In this document: piece after piece, positions 63,588 through 64,000 of the stretch
Layout: each line of letters opens with the position of its first letter
Position numbering within the stretch: position 1 is the first letter of the stretch
Assembly (NCBI GenBank): GCA_031406385.1
Contig: JANOHI010000012.1
Location: forward strand, 7,110-71,109
Reading direction: 5' to 3'
DNA length: 64,000 nt
From: Acidimicrobiia bacterium
Lineage (GTDB): Bacteria; Actinomycetota; Acidimicrobiia; Acidimicrobiales; JANYDT01
The notes under the pieces: generated by a model
What the model saw: the letters and a program-made list of their open reading frames with translations, nothing else
The model's database searches: none
Told to the model about the DNA's origin: nothing
Translations under genes and position numbers: made by a program

Positions 63588-63995
63588 TCAAGCGAGCGCA
63601 CCGCCGGCGAACCACCGCTGGAACATCGGCTCGATTGCACTCCACACGAGCTCGACGATCAGCCCACTCGGGGGTACGACATAGGTGAACGCACCGAAAC
63701 CGTCTTCGGGTGCTTTGCCGGCAGCAGCCAGTGTCCAGCCCTTGGCCAGCAGAGACCGTGTTTCTCCGGCCACGTCGTCGACCCACACCCCGGTGTGGTG
63801 GATGCCCGGGTTGATGCGTCCGTCCCAGATCGATCCGCTCGCCCCTTCGAGGAGCTCGAGATGCTGAGGTCCCTCGGCCGAGTACGTGAACCGCAACGGC
63901 ACCTTGATCGCGCCGGTCGAAGGGGTCCAAACATCTTGTTCACGCTCTTGGAGCGAGCACCAGGTGAGCCCGAGGTTCGCTCCCAACTCGCTCAT
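63588..63995 (-). CDS. VOC (glyoxalase/bleomycin-resistance/dioxygenase) family protein, probably 5'-incomplete at window edge
   Basis: HLELLEG...GIHHTGVWVDDVAGETRSLLAKGW...GLIVELV has a VOC-like pattern. The first Met is 5 nt from the window end, so the true start may lie outside. Confidence 0.65.
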   Translation of the reverse strand: MSELGANLGLTWCSLQEREQDVWTPSTGAIKVPLRFTYSAEGPQHLELLEGASGSIWDGRINPGIHHTGVWVDDVAGETRSLLAKGWTLAAAGKAPEDGFGAFTYVVPPSGLIVELVWSAIEPMFQRWFAGGALA

Positions 63996-64000
63996 GGCGA

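Overview
This is a GC-rich, actinobacterium-like chromosomal segment, densely coding on both strands, with many start/stop codon overlaps that indicate operons.

**Positions 1 to ~38.8 kb: cell-envelope polysaccharide locus**
- It holds five GT4 genes, one GT61/DUF563 gene and a 1078-aa GT2-GT4-GT4 fusion.
- It also holds two Wzc-like chain-length/BY-kinase genes, two O-antigen-ligase/Wzy-like membrane proteins and a DUF4012 protein.
- A 1334-aa secreted glycoside-hydrolase/discoidin/PT-rich protein completes the set.

**Two sets of lasso-peptide (RiPP) genes are interleaved with this locus**
- Set 1 (3-6280) is compact. It contains a PRMT-like methyltransferase with a PqqD-like tail, an HprK-like kinase, a B2 protease, a cyclase, a 47-aa precursor and an ABC exporter.
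- Set 2 is dispersed.
  - A 62-aa precursor with a clearly homologous leader is co-oriented and tightly packed with an N-terminally truncated cyclase homologue and two GT4 genes.
  - Nearby lie a CxxCxxCC protein, a second HprK-like kinase and a stand-alone PqqD protein.
  - About 20 kb away, a second B2 protease is translationally coupled to an O-antigen-ligase-like gene, a Wzc paralogue, a GT4 gene and an NTP_transf_5-type nucleotidyltransferase.
- The locus also carries a 3' remnant of a second ABC exporter, two atypical LuxR-type regulators and IS debris (an IS3 orfA remnant and a degenerate IS256 transposase).

**Positions ~38.8-64 kb: mostly ordinary metabolic and housekeeping genes**
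- These include an HxlR regulator, an HtrA-like protease, a Rieske oxygenase, IlvA, P450s, an acyl-CoA synthetase, APH-type kinases, an MFS transporter, and MazEF and VapBC modules.
- Two CMD/AhpD-family genes in one operon each carry an in-frame TGA exactly at the second Cys of the CxxC motif. Each TGA is followed 11-12 nt later by a hairpin, so both are candidate CxxU selenoproteins.
- Several tandem duplications capture start or stop codons.
- One P450 paralogue lacks the heme-ligand Cys.
- A phased direct-repeat array lies upstream of an ATPase gene.

I recognised no rRNA, tRNA or CRISPR array. All family assignments come from motif recognition by eye and none has been tested by a search.
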